Assembly (NCBI GenBank): GCA_021162815.1
Contig: JAGGXW010000006.1
Span: 15,081-79,080 of the forward strand
Length of the DNA: 64,000 nt
Source: Thermoplasmata archaeon
GTDB lineage: Archaea > Thermoplasmatota > E2 > UBA202 > JdFR-43
Reading direction: 5' to 3'
Part shown: piece by piece, positions 37,721 through 48,283 of the stretch
Layout: each line of letters begins with the position of its first letter
Position numbering within the stretch: position 1 is the first letter of the stretch
Made by a program: the position numbers and the translations under genes
Notes under the pieces: generated by a model
Databases searched by the model: none
What the model saw: only the letters and a program-made list of their open reading frames with translations
Told to the model about the DNA's origin: nothing

Positions 37721-39202
37721 CTAATCAATAATCAGGCTTTTACCACTCATCTCCTCTGGCTTATCTATTTCAAGTAATTGAAGCATTGTTGGGGCTATAT
37801 CCCCTAAATTTCCTCTCCTGAGCTTCATATCGCCTGCTCCTGCAATTATGAATGGTACTGGATTTGTCGTATGTGCTGTCTTTGGATTGCCCTCCTTATC
37901 TACCATCTCCTCTGCATTTCCATGATCCGCTGTGATTATCGCCACTCCATTTCCAGATAACACCTTCTCAACAACCTTCCCTATGCATTCATCCACGGTC
38001 TCAACAGCTTTTATTGCAGCATTCCACACCCCGGTATGCCCCACCATATCAGGGTTCGCATAATTCACAATGATAACATCATAATCCATCTCAATTCTTC
38101 TGAGTAATTCCTCTGTCAGCTCATAAGCAGACATCTCTGGTTTTAAATCATATGTGGAAACTTTGGGAGAGGGTATCAAGCACCTATCCTCATTTGCAAA
38201 TGGCTCCTCTCTCCCTCCATTAAAAAAATATGTTACATGAGCGTATTTCTCTGTCTCAGCTATTCTCAACTGTTTTAATCCATGCTTTGATATAACCTCA
38301 CCAAAGGTGTTCTTTATTATTTCTTTCCTAAAAGCAGCGTTTATGCCATCATAATATTCTGTCAGAGCCACAGCATGAATGCTCATATTCTTCCTTTCAA
38401 AGTATTTAAAATCATCTTCAGCAAATGCCATATAAAGCTGCCTCATTCTGTCTGGACGGAAATTGAAGAATATTATAACATCTCCATCCTCAACCTTCAC
38501 ATCCCCCACAATGCTGGGAGAGATGAATTCATCTGTCTCTCCTCTGCCATAAGCCATTTCTATTGCCTTCTCGGCACTCTCTGCTTTTACACCCTTTCCA
38601 TAAACCATCATATCATAGGCTTTTTTTGTTCTATTCCATCTCTTATCTCTATCCATTGCATAATATCTTCCAACCACACTCACTATCTTTCCTGTCCCAA
38701 TTCTCCTCAGCTCATCCTCCAGTTCCTTTACATGCGTTATAGCACTTTTGGGCGGCGTATCTCTGCCATCTGTGAAACAGTGAAGGTAAACATTTTTTAC
38801 ATCATTCATTTTTGCCATTCTGAGAAGAGCGTAAAGATGAGGCATCATTGAATGAACCCCTCCATTACCTATCAGGCCTGCTAAATGAAGATTCGTGGAT
38901 TTAGCTTTATTCATTGCTTCCTTCAGCACCTCATTCTCAAAAAATGTCCCATCCTCTATTGCCTTCAGTATTCTCATGGAATCCTGATACACTATTCTTC
39001 CTGCCCCAATATTCAGATGACCAACCTCAGAATTTCCCATTTGCCCTGGAGGGAGGCCAACCGCAAGCCCGCTTGTGTTGAGAAGCGTAAAGGGATATTG
39101 TTTCATGAATTTATCCATATTTGGTGTTTTCGCGTGAAATATGGCATTTCCTTCTTTCTCCTCTCTGTATCCCCATCCATCCAGAATGGCAAGCAATAGC
39201 AT
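37721..39202 (-). CDS. gpmI: 2,3-bisphosphoglycerate-independent phosphoglycerate mutase, bacterial GpmI type
   Basis: N-terminal LLLAILDGWGY...GNSEVGHLNIGAGRIVYQD is the GpmI signature region; 493 aa. Confidence 0.8.
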   Translation of the reverse strand: MLLLAILDGWGYREEKEGNAIFHAKTPNMDKFMKQYPFTLLNTSGLAVGLPPGQMGNSEVGHLNIGAGRIVYQDSMRILKAIEDGTFFENEVLKEAMNKAKSTNLHLAGLIGNGGVHSMMPHLYALLRMAKMNDVKNVYLHCFTDGRDTPPKSAITHVKELEDELRRIGTGKIVSVVGRYYAMDRDKRWNRTKKAYDMMVYGKGVKAESAEKAIEMAYGRGETDEFISPSIVGDVKVEDGDVIIFFNFRPDRMRQLYMAFAEDDFKYFERKNMSIHAVALTEYYDGINAAFRKEIIKNTFGEVISKHGLKQLRIAETEKYAHVTYFFNGGREEPFANEDRCLIPSPKVSTYDLKPEMSAYELTEELLRRIEMDYDVIIVNYANPDMVGHTGVWNAAIKAVETVDECIGKVVEKVLSGNGVAIITADHGNAEEMVDKEGNPKTAHTTNPVPFIIAGAGDMKLRRGNLGDIAPTMLQLLEIDKPEEMSGKSLIID

Positions 39203-39248
39203 TACTTTTTATTATGCACATACCATTAAATATTTATTGTATTGACGG

Positions 39249-40460
39249 ATGCAAATTTCTATGATAACGCCATCCCGCAAATCTGCTGGAATATCATATG
39301 CCATTAGAGAGGTGATGATTCCAGCCAGAGAGCTTGAAAAAAAGGGTATTGAAATAATAAAATTGAATATAGGTGATCCGATTGCCTATGATTTTGATAC
39401 GCCCCAGCACATAAAGGATGCTCTCTACAAGGGAGCAATGGAGGGATACAACGGTTATGCACCTTCTGAAGGATATGCTGAGCTGAGAGAGGAGATTGCA
39501 AAAAGAGAGAAAAGAAGAAATGATATGGATTATGATATTGATGATATAATAATAACAAGCGGAGTCACTGAGGCACTTCAGCTGTTTCTTGCATCAACCC
39601 TGAATGAGGGAGATGAGTTGCTTGTACCGGGTCCAACATATGCTCCATACAACCTGATAACATCATTTTACGGTGCAAACCCCATACCATATGCAACACT
39701 GGAAGAAGAGGACTGGCAGCCTGATGTGGATGATATAAGAAAAAAGATAACAGATAAAACAAAGGGAATTGTAATAATAAATCCAAATAATCCAACAGGT
39801 GCGCTGTATCCTGCAAAGGTTATTAAAGAAATTATTGATGTTGCAGCTGAGCACGAGATAGTGATAATTTCAGATGAGATATATGATGATATTGTATTTG
39901 AGGGAAAACATTATGCAACTGCCACACTTGCGAAGGATGTTCCAATGATAACATTCAATGGTTTTTCAAAAGTTTATCTTGTGCCCGGATGGAGAATGGG
40001 ATATGCCATATTTAACAATCCCAACGGAGAGCTTGATGGTATAAAAGATGCATTTTTAAGAATTGCAAGATCAAGGTTGTGTGCAAATTCTGTTGCTCAG
40101 AGAGCCATGATTGCAGCATTAAAAGGAAGTCAGGAGCATATCAAAGAGATGGTATCAAGATTGAAGAAGAGAAGAGATTTTGCATATAGAAGAATAAATG
40201 AAATTGCTGGGCTATCCACATCCAAGCCACAGGGTGCATTCTACATATTTCCAAAAATAGAGGAGATGGTATGGAAGGATGATAAAGAATTTGTGCTTGA
40301 TTTGCTGAAGAATGCCCATGTACTGGTTGTTCATGGTTCCGGTTTCTGTCCCGTATACGGCCCCGGACATTTCAGAGCTGTTATACTCCCTCCTCTGAAT
40401 ATGATGGAGGAAGCTTTTAATAGGATTGAAACTTTTATGAAACAGAGGTTGGGAAAATGA
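39249..40460 (+). CDS. class I/II PLP-dependent aminotransferase (alanine/aspartate aminotransferase-like)
   Basis: Fold-type I aminotransferase pattern (...NIGDP...GY....G..ELREEIA..., SFSK lysine region FNGFSKVY). About 400 aa. Confidence 0.7.
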   Translation: MQISMITPSRKSAGISYAIREVMIPARELEKKGIEIIKLNIGDPIAYDFDTPQHIKDALYKGAMEGYNGYAPSEGYAELREEIAKREKRRNDMDYDIDDIIITSGVTEALQLFLASTLNEGDELLVPGPTYAPYNLITSFYGANPIPYATLEEEDWQPDVDDIRKKITDKTKGIVIINPNNPTGALYPAKVIKEIIDVAAEHEIVIISDEIYDDIVFEGKHYATATLAKDVPMITFNGFSKVYLVPGWRMGYAIFNNPNGELDGIKDAFLRIARSRLCANSVAQRAMIAALKGSQEHIKEMVSRLKKRRDFAYRRINEIAGLSTSKPQGAFYIFPKIEEMVWKDDKEFVLDLLKNAHVLVVHGSGFCPVYGPGHFRAVILPPLNMMEEAFNRIETFMKQRLGK

Positions 40461-41497
40461 AGGAGATGACAAAAGGCATAATAGCACTTTTTATTATGCT
40501 GGCGGTAGCTGGCAGCATATATGGATATGATGTCTGGAAGAGCAGTCAGCCTCTTGTACTTAAGGATGGAGATTTTGCTGAAATAGATTATATCCTGTAT
40601 GATGAGAATCATACCGTAATTTCGTCAACATTTATTCAGAACGTTAGCTACAATGTTTCCTTTGATGATTCCAACTACACCTCCATACCGATTAAAATAT
40701 ACTTTGGAAAGGATTATCCTGTTGTCTATCCAGAAGGATGGAGTTATTCTGATCTGGCAAGAATTGAAGGTGTGAAAATATCAGATATACCTGGCCTGTA
40801 TAACGAAATGAAGGGAATGAAGGAAGGAGAGGAAAAAACCATTTTGCTAACACCCGAAAATGGATTTGGTAAGAAGGTTCACACTGGAATGAAGGTAAAT
40901 ACATCCATGATTCTGGGATTCAACACAACATTTGAAATAATGGAATTGAAGAATACTTCAGCCATTCTTAAATGGATGCCAAGCATTGGAGATGTAATAT
41001 CAATACCACAGTACTGGTATGATAAACCAATCCATCAACCATACTGGCTATGGGAAAATGCTACGGAGGTTATTGGAATGAATGATACAAATGTCACACT
41101 CAAAACCACGCCAAATGTTCTGGATAATTTAACTCTATATCCCTGGTGGGAAAATCTCAGTACAGCCGGATACAATGACAGCAAGATATGGATAACAACC
41201 ACCCCTGAAAACGGAAGCAATTTCACAATTACAACACCCTATGGAAGTGTTTACGGAGAGGTTAAGAATGTTACAAAGGATAAGATAAATGTTGTTGTTT
41301 ATTACAATGGCAATGCCAGCAATTATGAGCTGAATAGAACAGAGGTATTTGATAGGATTATTTCTCTACCAAGAACTTTCAGCATAGGAAACATGTATCT
41401 TGAAGAGATGCTGGAAAAAGGATATTCATTCCATAAGCTTGCAGGAAAGAATTTATATATAAGAGTGAAACTGGTGAAAATTTACAGAGTGGATTGA
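40457..41497 (+). CDS. membrane-anchored FKBP-type peptidyl-prolyl cis-trans isomerase domain protein with large extracytoplasmic glycosylation-sequon-rich domain
   Basis: N-terminal TM anchor. FKBP blocks GDFAEIDYILYDENHTVISST and GLYNEMKGMKEGEEKTILLTPENGFG with a long insert between them. C-terminal half is rich in N-x-S/T. Confidence 0.45.
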   Translation: MKEMTKGIIALFIMLAVAGSIYGYDVWKSSQPLVLKDGDFAEIDYILYDENHTVISSTFIQNVSYNVSFDDSNYTSIPIKIYFGKDYPVVYPEGWSYSDLARIEGVKISDIPGLYNEMKGMKEGEEKTILLTPENGFGKKVHTGMKVNTSMILGFNTTFEIMELKNTSAILKWMPSIGDVISIPQYWYDKPIHQPYWLWENATEVIGMNDTNVTLKTTPNVLDNLTLYPWWENLSTAGYNDSKIWITTTPENGSNFTITTPYGSVYGEVKNVTKDKINVVVYYNGNASNYELNRTEVFDRIISLPRTFSIGNMYLEEMLEKGYSFHKLAGKNLYIRVKLVKIYRVD

Positions 41498-42750
41498 TTA
41501 CTGAGTTCCCCATTAAACATTCTCAGAAAAATATCTTCATTCCCCGGCGGGATTATTGCTCCTGCCGCCGCTCTATGGCCGCCGCCATATCCCCCGATGG
41601 CTGTAGCAATTTTGCGCATGGTTATGCTTAAATTTATGTTTGAGGAATATGCATAGGGCAAGCGGGCGGAAACCTTTATTCCCTCTTCATTTTCAGCAAA
41701 ACCAATGGTGAGACGCCTTATCTCATTGGAAAGCATACCCGTTATTGTACCGAGTATGGTATCCTTTATTATTCTCTCTCCATGAAAATATGAAAGAGAA
41801 CCGTAATCAATCATTCTCTTCCTCGCGAATTTGAGTCCCTCTCTTATGTTCTTTCTATGGCGAGAGATTGCCTCCTTTATATCATCTATTTTTTTATGTC
41901 TGCATATTCTCATGGCTGCCCTGTAATCTCCGTATTTGGCAACAGAATTGACTGTGGCAGCAATTTCTCTTGCATCAATGCCATTTATTTCATATATTTC
42001 TCCATACAAACGATGAATATCCTCATATGTATAACCTTTCATCAGCATTGTTTTAACGATTAGGGAAAAAAGTCTCTTTTTCTCATTGAATGACATTTCA
42101 TTCCAAGCCGTGTTTTCGTTAAATCCATTTTTTCTTAAAAAGGATATGGTGTAACCCACCCTTCGGAAAAAAGGAGGCAGGATATTTGAAAAAGAAAGCA
42201 TCTTATAAATGGGCATATTTCTTCCGTACACTCTGAAATCTCTTTTTATCGCAACACCATCAAGCATATTTCTGTTCATTCCAACAAGTCTGCCATATTT
42301 TATATCCTGTAAATCACCTATAGCTCCTATTATAGCGGTGGATGGATTACCTCCTCCCATATTTCTGGCAATCATATGGCTAAGCCCAGATGCTGATATC
42401 TCCACCTCTCCATCCAGACCGTATTCAAAGGGATTAAGGGAATATGGATTTCTTCTGTCAGTAAAATGATGGTCTGCTATTATGTATTCCCCCATTTTCT
42501 TTTCAATATCTGCAACATTTCCGTTTCCAACATCTATGAAAAAAACAAAATTTCCCCTGTATTCATCGATGATTTCCTCATTGAGATAGTTAACGAATCT
42601 TATATCATACTCCATATCATTCTCAGCCATTGCATCTGCAGCAATAACCGCACCAGCCACACCATCAGCATCTCCATGCGCGATTATGACTGCATTCTTC
42701 TGCCTTTTCAGATACAATGCCAGCTCCTTTGCCTTTTTCTCTATTCCCAT
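41482..42750 (-). CDS. DHH/DHHA1 phosphoesterase (archaeal RecJ/GAN-like or nanoRNase-like)
   Basis: DHH motifs I (IIAHGDADGV), III (IADHHF) and DHHA1 GGGH (GGYGGGHRAAAGA). 422 aa. Confidence 0.65.
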   Translation of the reverse strand: MGIEKKAKELALYLKRQKNAVIIAHGDADGVAGAVIAADAMAENDMEYDIRFVNYLNEEIIDEYRGNFVFFIDVGNGNVADIEKKMGEYIIADHHFTDRRNPYSLNPFEYGLDGEVEISASGLSHMIARNMGGGNPSTAIIGAIGDLQDIKYGRLVGMNRNMLDGVAIKRDFRVYGRNMPIYKMLSFSNILPPFFRRVGYTISFLRKNGFNENTAWNEMSFNEKKRLFSLIVKTMLMKGYTYEDIHRLYGEIYEINGIDAREIAATVNSVAKYGDYRAAMRICRHKKIDDIKEAISRHRKNIREGLKFARKRMIDYGSLSYFHGERIIKDTILGTITGMLSNEIRRLTIGFAENEEGIKVSARLPYAYSSNINLSITMRKIATAIGGYGGGHRAAAGAIIPPGNEDIFLRMFNGELSNQSTL

Positions 42751-42805
42751 CCCCTCAATGACTCAATAGAATATCATTTAATAAAATTTTTGTATTCTGA
42801 TGGCT

Positions 42806-43627
42806 TCAGTTCAAAAATAGAATGGAATGAGAAGAATTTTCCACTATCTTTTTCCTTATTTCTTTTGAAAAAATCTTTCTTTTCTTGATTTCTCTTCCAA
42901 TGACAATAACAAAGGCATCACTATCTTTTGCCACCTTTTCTATTTCATTCTCCATTATACCCTCTCTTATTTCAGAGATGGAAGAATGATGGGTAACAAA
43001 TTCTTCAGCAATTTTTCTTATTTCATCAATGCTTCTTTCAATTTTGTTTCCCGCCTCATCCACGACAGCTAGCTCTTCCCTGTCAATTATATAAACAAGC
43101 CTTGATTCCTTTGAAATCGCGGATGCAAATTCTTTCACAAATGCTGGTACCTTAACATTGGGAGCAAGATTTGAACACACCCCGACCACACCATCAGAGC
43201 CATTAAAAATTGCTATAAGCAATGGAATTTTTATTCTTTCAATAACTCTGTAGTGTATAACAGCATCTCTTTTAAACCCTATTACGACAAGGTCTATTCC
43301 CTTCTCCTCAACCATTTTTTCAATTTCGTCAGAATATTCTCCTACCACTATCTTACTTTCTTTAATGTCCAGCATGCTTCCTACCCTCTCCATCATATCA
43401 TTGGCTATTTTTCTCTGTTCTTTCAGTATATCGTTCTCAAATTCCATTTTCTGTTCGTATGTAAGGAATGGTTGCGATGTTTTCTCAAATTTATCAAGTG
43501 TTTTCTTTTCTATGACATACAGCAGATAAACACTGCTTGAAAAATTTTCCTGGATAAATTTAGCTTCCTTTACAGCCTGTTCGGGATAGAATTCAGATGA
43601 TATCGATAAAAGCACCTTTTTGAACAT
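42806..43627 (-). CDS. tandem universal stress protein (UspA) domain protein
   Basis: 273 aa containing two ~135-aa Usp-like halves (…VLLSISS…YLLYV…; …KIPLLIAIFNGSDG…VVGVCS…). Confidence 0.5.
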   Translation of the reverse strand: MFKKVLLSISSEFYPEQAVKEAKFIQENFSSSVYLLYVIEKKTLDKFEKTSQPFLTYEQKMEFENDILKEQRKIANDMMERVGSMLDIKESKIVVGEYSDEIEKMVEEKGIDLVVIGFKRDAVIHYRVIERIKIPLLIAIFNGSDGVVGVCSNLAPNVKVPAFVKEFASAISKESRLVYIIDREELAVVDEAGNKIERSIDEIRKIAEEFVTHHSSISEIREGIMENEIEKVAKDSDAFVIVIGREIKKRKIFSKEIRKKIVENSSHSILFLN

Positions 43628-43656
43628 TATGTTAAATTAATGCATAATATAAAATT

Positions 43657-44244
43657 TTATCTCATCTTCAGGAAAAATTCATGTATTCTTGTATCGTCTG
43701 TAAGCTCGGGATGAAAGGTTAGAGCAAGAATATTATTCTCTCTCACTGCAACTATGTTATCATCCAAAGTAGCAAGAATTTCAACATTCTCTCCAGTCTT
43801 TACTATTGCAGGAGCCCTTATAAAAACCGCTTCAAAACTTCCAACATATTTCATCTCTATGGTTGCCTGAAAGCTCTCTCTCTGCCTTCCAAATGCATTT
43901 CTCTTAACCCATATATCAAGCAATCCAAGCAATTTTGTTTTTGTCTTGCTGATCTGCTCATCTCCATGCCTTGCGAGAAGTATTGTCCCCGCACATGTTC
44001 CCATTATGGGCTTTCCATTTGCTGCCGCTTTCACTATTTCTTCAGCCACAGAGCTTGCATGAATGAGTTTACTTATTGTTGTACTCTCTCCCCCAGGCAA
44101 AATTATGGCGTCACTCTCTGCAACATCTTCCTCAGAATTTGTCGCTTTAACATATCCATCTATTCCAAGTTTATTCATTGCTTTCTCTGTTATTTCAACA
44201 TGTTCACTGACATCTCCCTGAGCAGAGATAACAGCAACCTTCAT
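43657..44244 (-). CDS. pdxT: pyridoxal 5'-phosphate synthase glutaminase subunit
   Basis: Class I glutamine amidotransferase with catalytic GTCAG. 195 aa. Located directly downstream of pdxS. Confidence 0.85.
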   Translation of the reverse strand: MKVAVISAQGDVSEHVEITEKAMNKLGIDGYVKATNSEEDVAESDAIILPGGESTTISKLIHASSVAEEIVKAAANGKPIMGTCAGTILLARHGDEQISKTKTKLLGLLDIWVKRNAFGRQRESFQATIEMKYVGSFEAVFIRAPAIVKTGENVEILATLDDNIVAVRENNILALTFHPELTDDTRIHEFFLKMR

Positions 44245-44247
44245 GAT

Positions 44248-45243
44248 TTATAAGCCCCTCTGCTGAAGCATTTCCCCAAGTTTCTCTATTTCATCCCCCT
44301 TCATCGCATCTCCAAGACCCTTTGAAACCCCTGCAACAACAGATGCATCCTTCCAGTTCTCAACTGCTTCAACAATTGCCTTCGCATATCCTTCAGGGTT
44401 GGTGGATTTGAATATTCCTGAACCAACAAAAACTCCATCTGCTCCCATGGCCATCATAAATGCAGCATCTGCAGGCGTTGCTATTCCTCCGGCGGCAAAA
44501 TTTACCACAGGCAGGCGGTGCATCTTCTTTATTTCAAGCAATACCTTATGCAATCCCTCGGTTATTTCAATTATACTGTATTCTCCAAAAATCTCATCAT
44601 CTTCCTTAATTTCTATTCCCATATCCTCCGAAATATTCACAGCAAGTTTTTTGTAAGGAAGGGCATATTTTTCCGCAACAACATAAAGCTCATTTTCATC
44701 CATCTCAGCCACCTTATCAATGGCATAGTTTATGATTCTCATATGTCTCACAGCCTCAACAACATTTCCCGTGCCAGCCTCACCCTTAGTTCTTATCATT
44801 GCAGCCCCTTCCCATATCCTTCTCACAGCCTCACCCAAACTTCTTGCTCCGCATACAAAAGGCACAACGAAGTTCCTCTTATCGATATGGAAGAACACAT
44901 CCGCTGGAGTTAGAACCTCGCTTTCATCTATCATATCCACTCCCAGGCTTTCAAGGGCTCTGGCTTCCATGATGTGTCCTATTCTGCATTTCGCCATTAC
45001 AGGTATTGTAACCGTCTCCATTATCTCCTCTATTTTCTTGGGATCTGCCATTCTGGCGACTCCGCCCTCCTTTCTTATATCTGCGGGAACACGATGAAGC
45101 GCCATGACGGCAACAGCTCCGGCATTTTCCGCAATTCTTGCCTGCTCTGAATTGGTTACATCCATGATTACTCCGCCTTTCTGCATTTTGGCGAATCCTC
45201 TCTTTATGAGTTCTGTTCCAAACTTGAGCTTCTCAAGTTCCAT
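44248..45243 (-). CDS. pdxS: pyridoxal 5'-phosphate synthase lyase subunit
   Basis: Highly conserved PdxS/SNZ sequence (…GVIMDV…AVMALERVPADIR…GGVARM…); 331 aa. Confidence 0.9.
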   Translation of the reverse strand: MELEKLKFGTELIKRGFAKMQKGGVIMDVTNSEQARIAENAGAVAVMALHRVPADIRKEGGVARMADPKKIEEIMETVTIPVMAKCRIGHIMEARALESLGVDMIDESEVLTPADVFFHIDKRNFVVPFVCGARSLGEAVRRIWEGAAMIRTKGEAGTGNVVEAVRHMRIINYAIDKVAEMDENELYVVAEKYALPYKKLAVNISEDMGIEIKEDDEIFGEYSIIEITEGLHKVLLEIKKMHRLPVVNFAAGGIATPADAAFMMAMGADGVFVGSGIFKSTNPEGYAKAIVEAVENWKDASVVAGVSKGLGDAMKGDEIEKLGEMLQQRGL

Positions 45244-45294
45244 GTTGCTCTATATCTTTCCAACTATTTAAATTATTGCCATAATGAAAGATTC

Positions 45295-46473
45295 CTATCT
45301 CACATAAAACAGATAGATTTCCATTTTATCCGATGCTACATTCCCCGAGTCATCATAACCAATAACCTCTATTCTATGATATCCTCTATATTCCAGAGGA
45401 AATATGTATGGATAGCTGTCTTTTTCATAAATCAAATTTCCGTCTTCATAAAATTCCAGTTTTTTAATTCCTTCATTATCACTGGCATTGACCGCCACCT
45501 CTCTCGGATATCCGATTATGATGGTGGTCCCAGTATAATGCATCACCGCTTTTCCAAATATGTAAATGCAGTTTTTCTCGGGCAACAATATGGAAACATT
45601 GGGTGGAATGGTATCCAAAAATGGGTTGTATTCATCAATAATATCATATTGCCATCTGGCCACAGGGTATCTGAATAAACTTATTCCATCTGAACCATTA
45701 TTCAACGCATCCTCCACACACTCTTTTATTTCCTCATCGTCCATAAAATTTCCATTTTCATCCAGTGTTTCTATTATTGCATCAACTTTACAGGCTGTTC
45801 TCTCCTTTATATATGAAACAACTTCTCCAACCCATGAAGGAGGCATTTTATAGGCATGAGTGTATGTCATGGGTAGCAGAATATCAACATATTTCCCCAT
45901 CTGGGAATAATCCTGGCCGTAATAATATGCATTGGCTTCCATCTCAGGCATAACAGCAGCCGATAGAGTGCAATGAGGATTCATGCTCTTTACAACATTT
46001 CTAACATCCCTGCAAAATGTGGTTATTGGATATGTGTTTCCTCCAGCATTTCCAGGATATCTAATATAATCAAGGCATATCCCATCAGCTCCTCTCTCAA
46101 CTGCAGGCACTATTATATCGTTTATCAGGTAATTTCTGTAATAGCTGGAGTTAACATCAACCCATCCGCCAGCACTCTCATCATAGAAGCATATAATCCA
46201 GGCATTTATTCTGATTTTTCCTGACGATGCTTTCAGGAGTTCATCAAGCAACGTGAATGTATAATACCCGGATGTATCCTTAATCAGAAGATACACATCA
46301 GAAAAATTATGCGATATCATTTCATTAACAAATGAATCCGCTCCCACATCATAGAGTGTTGCACCCCATATCCATATACTTTTCCTTTCCACTTTTTTCT
46401 GAATGTTATTGCCAGATGCCGCAGCAAGAAGATATATAATTAATATCATGACCAGCCATCTTTTTATTTTCAT
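45295..46473 (-). CDS. secreted TIM-barrel glycoside-hydrolase-like protein (GHL/DUF4015-type) with C-terminal Ig-like domain
   Basis: Signal anchor from the MKIKRW Met. Central region with a (beta/alpha) alternation and a conserved DYIRYPG motif. Weak family assignment. Confidence 0.35.
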   Translation of the reverse strand: MKIKRWLVMILIIYLLAAASGNNIQKKVERKSIWIWGATLYDVGADSFVNEMISHNFSDVYLLIKDTSGYYTFTLLDELLKASSGKIRINAWIICFYDESAGGWVDVNSSYYRNYLINDIIVPAVERGADGICLDYIRYPGNAGGNTYPITTFCRDVRNVVKSMNPHCTLSAAVMPEMEANAYYYGQDYSQMGKYVDILLPMTYTHAYKMPPSWVGEVVSYIKERTACKVDAIIETLDENGNFMDDEEIKECVEDALNNGSDGISLFRYPVARWQYDIIDEYNPFLDTIPPNVSILLPEKNCIYIFGKAVMHYTGTTIIIGYPREVAVNASDNEGIKKLEFYEDGNLIYEKDSYPYIFPLEYRGYHRIEVIGYDDSGNVASDKMEIYLFYVR

Positions 46474-46773
46474 CAAATAGATATGAATAAACTCAAGAAA
46501 ATTTTTTTCTGCAAAACGAGAATGGCAATCTATTACCTCCGGATTATAAAGATGACTCAAGTTATCATACCGCCTAACATTTTTCGAGAATGGTTAAATG
46601 GGAATGCTTACAGAATCTTTTAACTCTTGCCTTGAATAAACTATACCACCCTTCTATAGCATTTCTTTCTATGCTGCCCTATGTTCGTATTGTAGATTTA
46701 ACCTATTTTTCTTAAGTAGATAACGCCAGAGCATCAAAAGCACAAATTTAAAAAGGGCGAGATATTTTCATTA

Positions 46774-47022
46774 ATGATTAAAATGAAAATGATGGAGAAT
46801 GAATTGAGAGGGAAGAAAGTAATGAGCAGTGAGGGACTTTATCTTGGGATAATAAAAAATATGACCGTTGACACAAAAACAGGAAAACTTATTGATTTAA
46901 TAGTGGAGCCATCAGATAAAATAGACCCACGCCTCTATCACCAGAACGAGGAAGGATACCTTGTTTTCCCGTTTGACTCAGTAAAATCTGTGAAGGATGT
47001 AGTTGTTTTGGGCGAAGAATAG
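46774..47022 (+). CDS. PRC-barrel domain protein
   Basis: 82 aa. G-x-x-V...G..lG.V.D...D..TG.I..L pattern typical of archaeal PRC-barrel proteins. Confidence 0.55.
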   Translation: MIKMKMMENELRGKKVMSSEGLYLGIIKNMTVDTKTGKLIDLIVEPSDKIDPRLYHQNEEGYLVFPFDSVKSVKDVVVLGEE

Positions 47023-47026
47023 AAAT

Positions 47027-48283
47027 ATGGACAAATTTTTCAACCCCAGAAGCGTGGCTGTAGTTGGTGCTTCGTCGAAAAAAGGGAAGATAGGTTATGA
47101 AATACTCAATAATGTTATCAAATCAGATGTAAAGGTTTATCCTGTAAATCCATTCTATGACAATATAAATGGTATGAAATGCTATGGCAGCATAGAAGAT
47201 ATTGATGATGAAGTGGATATGGCTGTCATAGCAATAAATGCTGAAAATGTCATAAATGCCATTAAGGAATGCGGAAAAAAGGGAATAAAACATGTTGTTA
47301 TAATCTCGGGAGGATTCAAAGAAACAGGAAATGAAGAGATAGAAAGAAAATTGATTGAGATAGCCAGAAAATATGGCATAAGAATAATAGGGCCCAACTG
47401 TATAGGAGTGTTTAATGGCGAGAATAAATTCAATACATTCTTTCAGCAGAACATGCAGTTGCCCGATGGAGGAAAGGTTGCAATATTAACTCAATCAGGA
47501 ACATTTGGGATTGCCCTTCTTGAAAAGTTAGCAGCCGAATCAATAGGCGTATCAAAATTCGTTTCCTATGGAAATAAAAGCGATGTAAATGAGGTTGATT
47601 TAATAAGATATCTGGAGAACGATGAAAAAACGGAACTTATAGGCATATACGCCGAGAGTTTTGAAAAGGATTTCTTCAACATGCATTTTAAAAAGCCTGT
47701 AATAGTTCTAAAGGGGGGAAGGAGCGAGGAAGGCAAAAAGGCGGCATCTCTACACACGGGAGCAATGGCTACAAATTACAGAATATTTTATGGAGTTTCA
47801 ATGCAGAGAAATATAATGGTTGCAGATGATTTTACAGAATTTTTCTCAATAATAAAGATATTGAGTATGAATGACGTTCCGAAGGAAGGGAAGATAAAAA
47901 TTATCACAAATGGCGCTGGTCCTGCTGTGATGATATGTGATTTTATTGAGGATGCAAAATATCTGAAACTTGTTTCTCCTCCAGTTGATTTAACAGGAAG
48001 TGCAACATCAGGCGATTATCTGGAGGCAATAGAAAAGGAGGGTGATGCAGATATAATAATTCTGATATTTGTATTCCAGGATGCGCCTCTTGCCGCAACC
48101 ATTGATGAGTTTTATAAGAAATTTAAAAAGGATGGTAGAGCATACATTGCTCTCGCCACTGGGGGAAAATTTGTTGAGGAACAGATTAAAAAACTTGCTT
48201 CAATTGGAATACCAACAATTGAAGAGCCTCGCCATATTATAACAGCTCTGGATAAAATTGTCAGATACGGGAGGAAAAGATGA
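47027..48283 (+). CDS. acetyl-CoA synthetase (ADP-forming) alpha subunit (CoA-binding + succinyl-CoA-synthetase-like domains)
   Basis: Colinear with Pyrococcus ACD alpha (FNPRSVAVVGASSKKGKIGYEI..., IISGGFKETG, RIIGPNCIGV, catalytic His region AASLHTGAMA). Confidence 0.8.
   Translation: MDKFFNPRSVAVVGASSKKGKIGYEILNNVIKSDVKVYPVNPFYDNINGMKCYGSIEDIDDEVDMAVIAINAENVINAIKECGKKGIKHVVIISGGFKETGNEEIERKLIEIARKYGIRIIGPNCIGVFNGENKFNTFFQQNMQLPDGGKVAILTQSGTFGIALLEKLAAESIGVSKFVSYGNKSDVNEVDLIRYLENDEKTELIGIYAESFEKDFFNMHFKKPVIVLKGGRSEEGKKAASLHTGAMATNYRIFYGVSMQRNIMVADDFTEFFSIIKILSMNDVPKEGKIKIITNGAGPAVMICDFIEDAKYLKLVSPPVDLTGSATSGDYLEAIEKEGDADIIILIFVFQDAPLAATIDEFYKKFKKDGRAYIALATGGKFVEEQIKKLASIGIPTIEEPRHIITALDKIVRYGRKR

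Noticed and set aside
46561-46773. 213-bp intergenic region upstream of the PRC-barrel gene as a possible ncRNA
   Set aside because: No convincing stem-loops or conserved RNA motifs seen by eye; more likely a promoter region.
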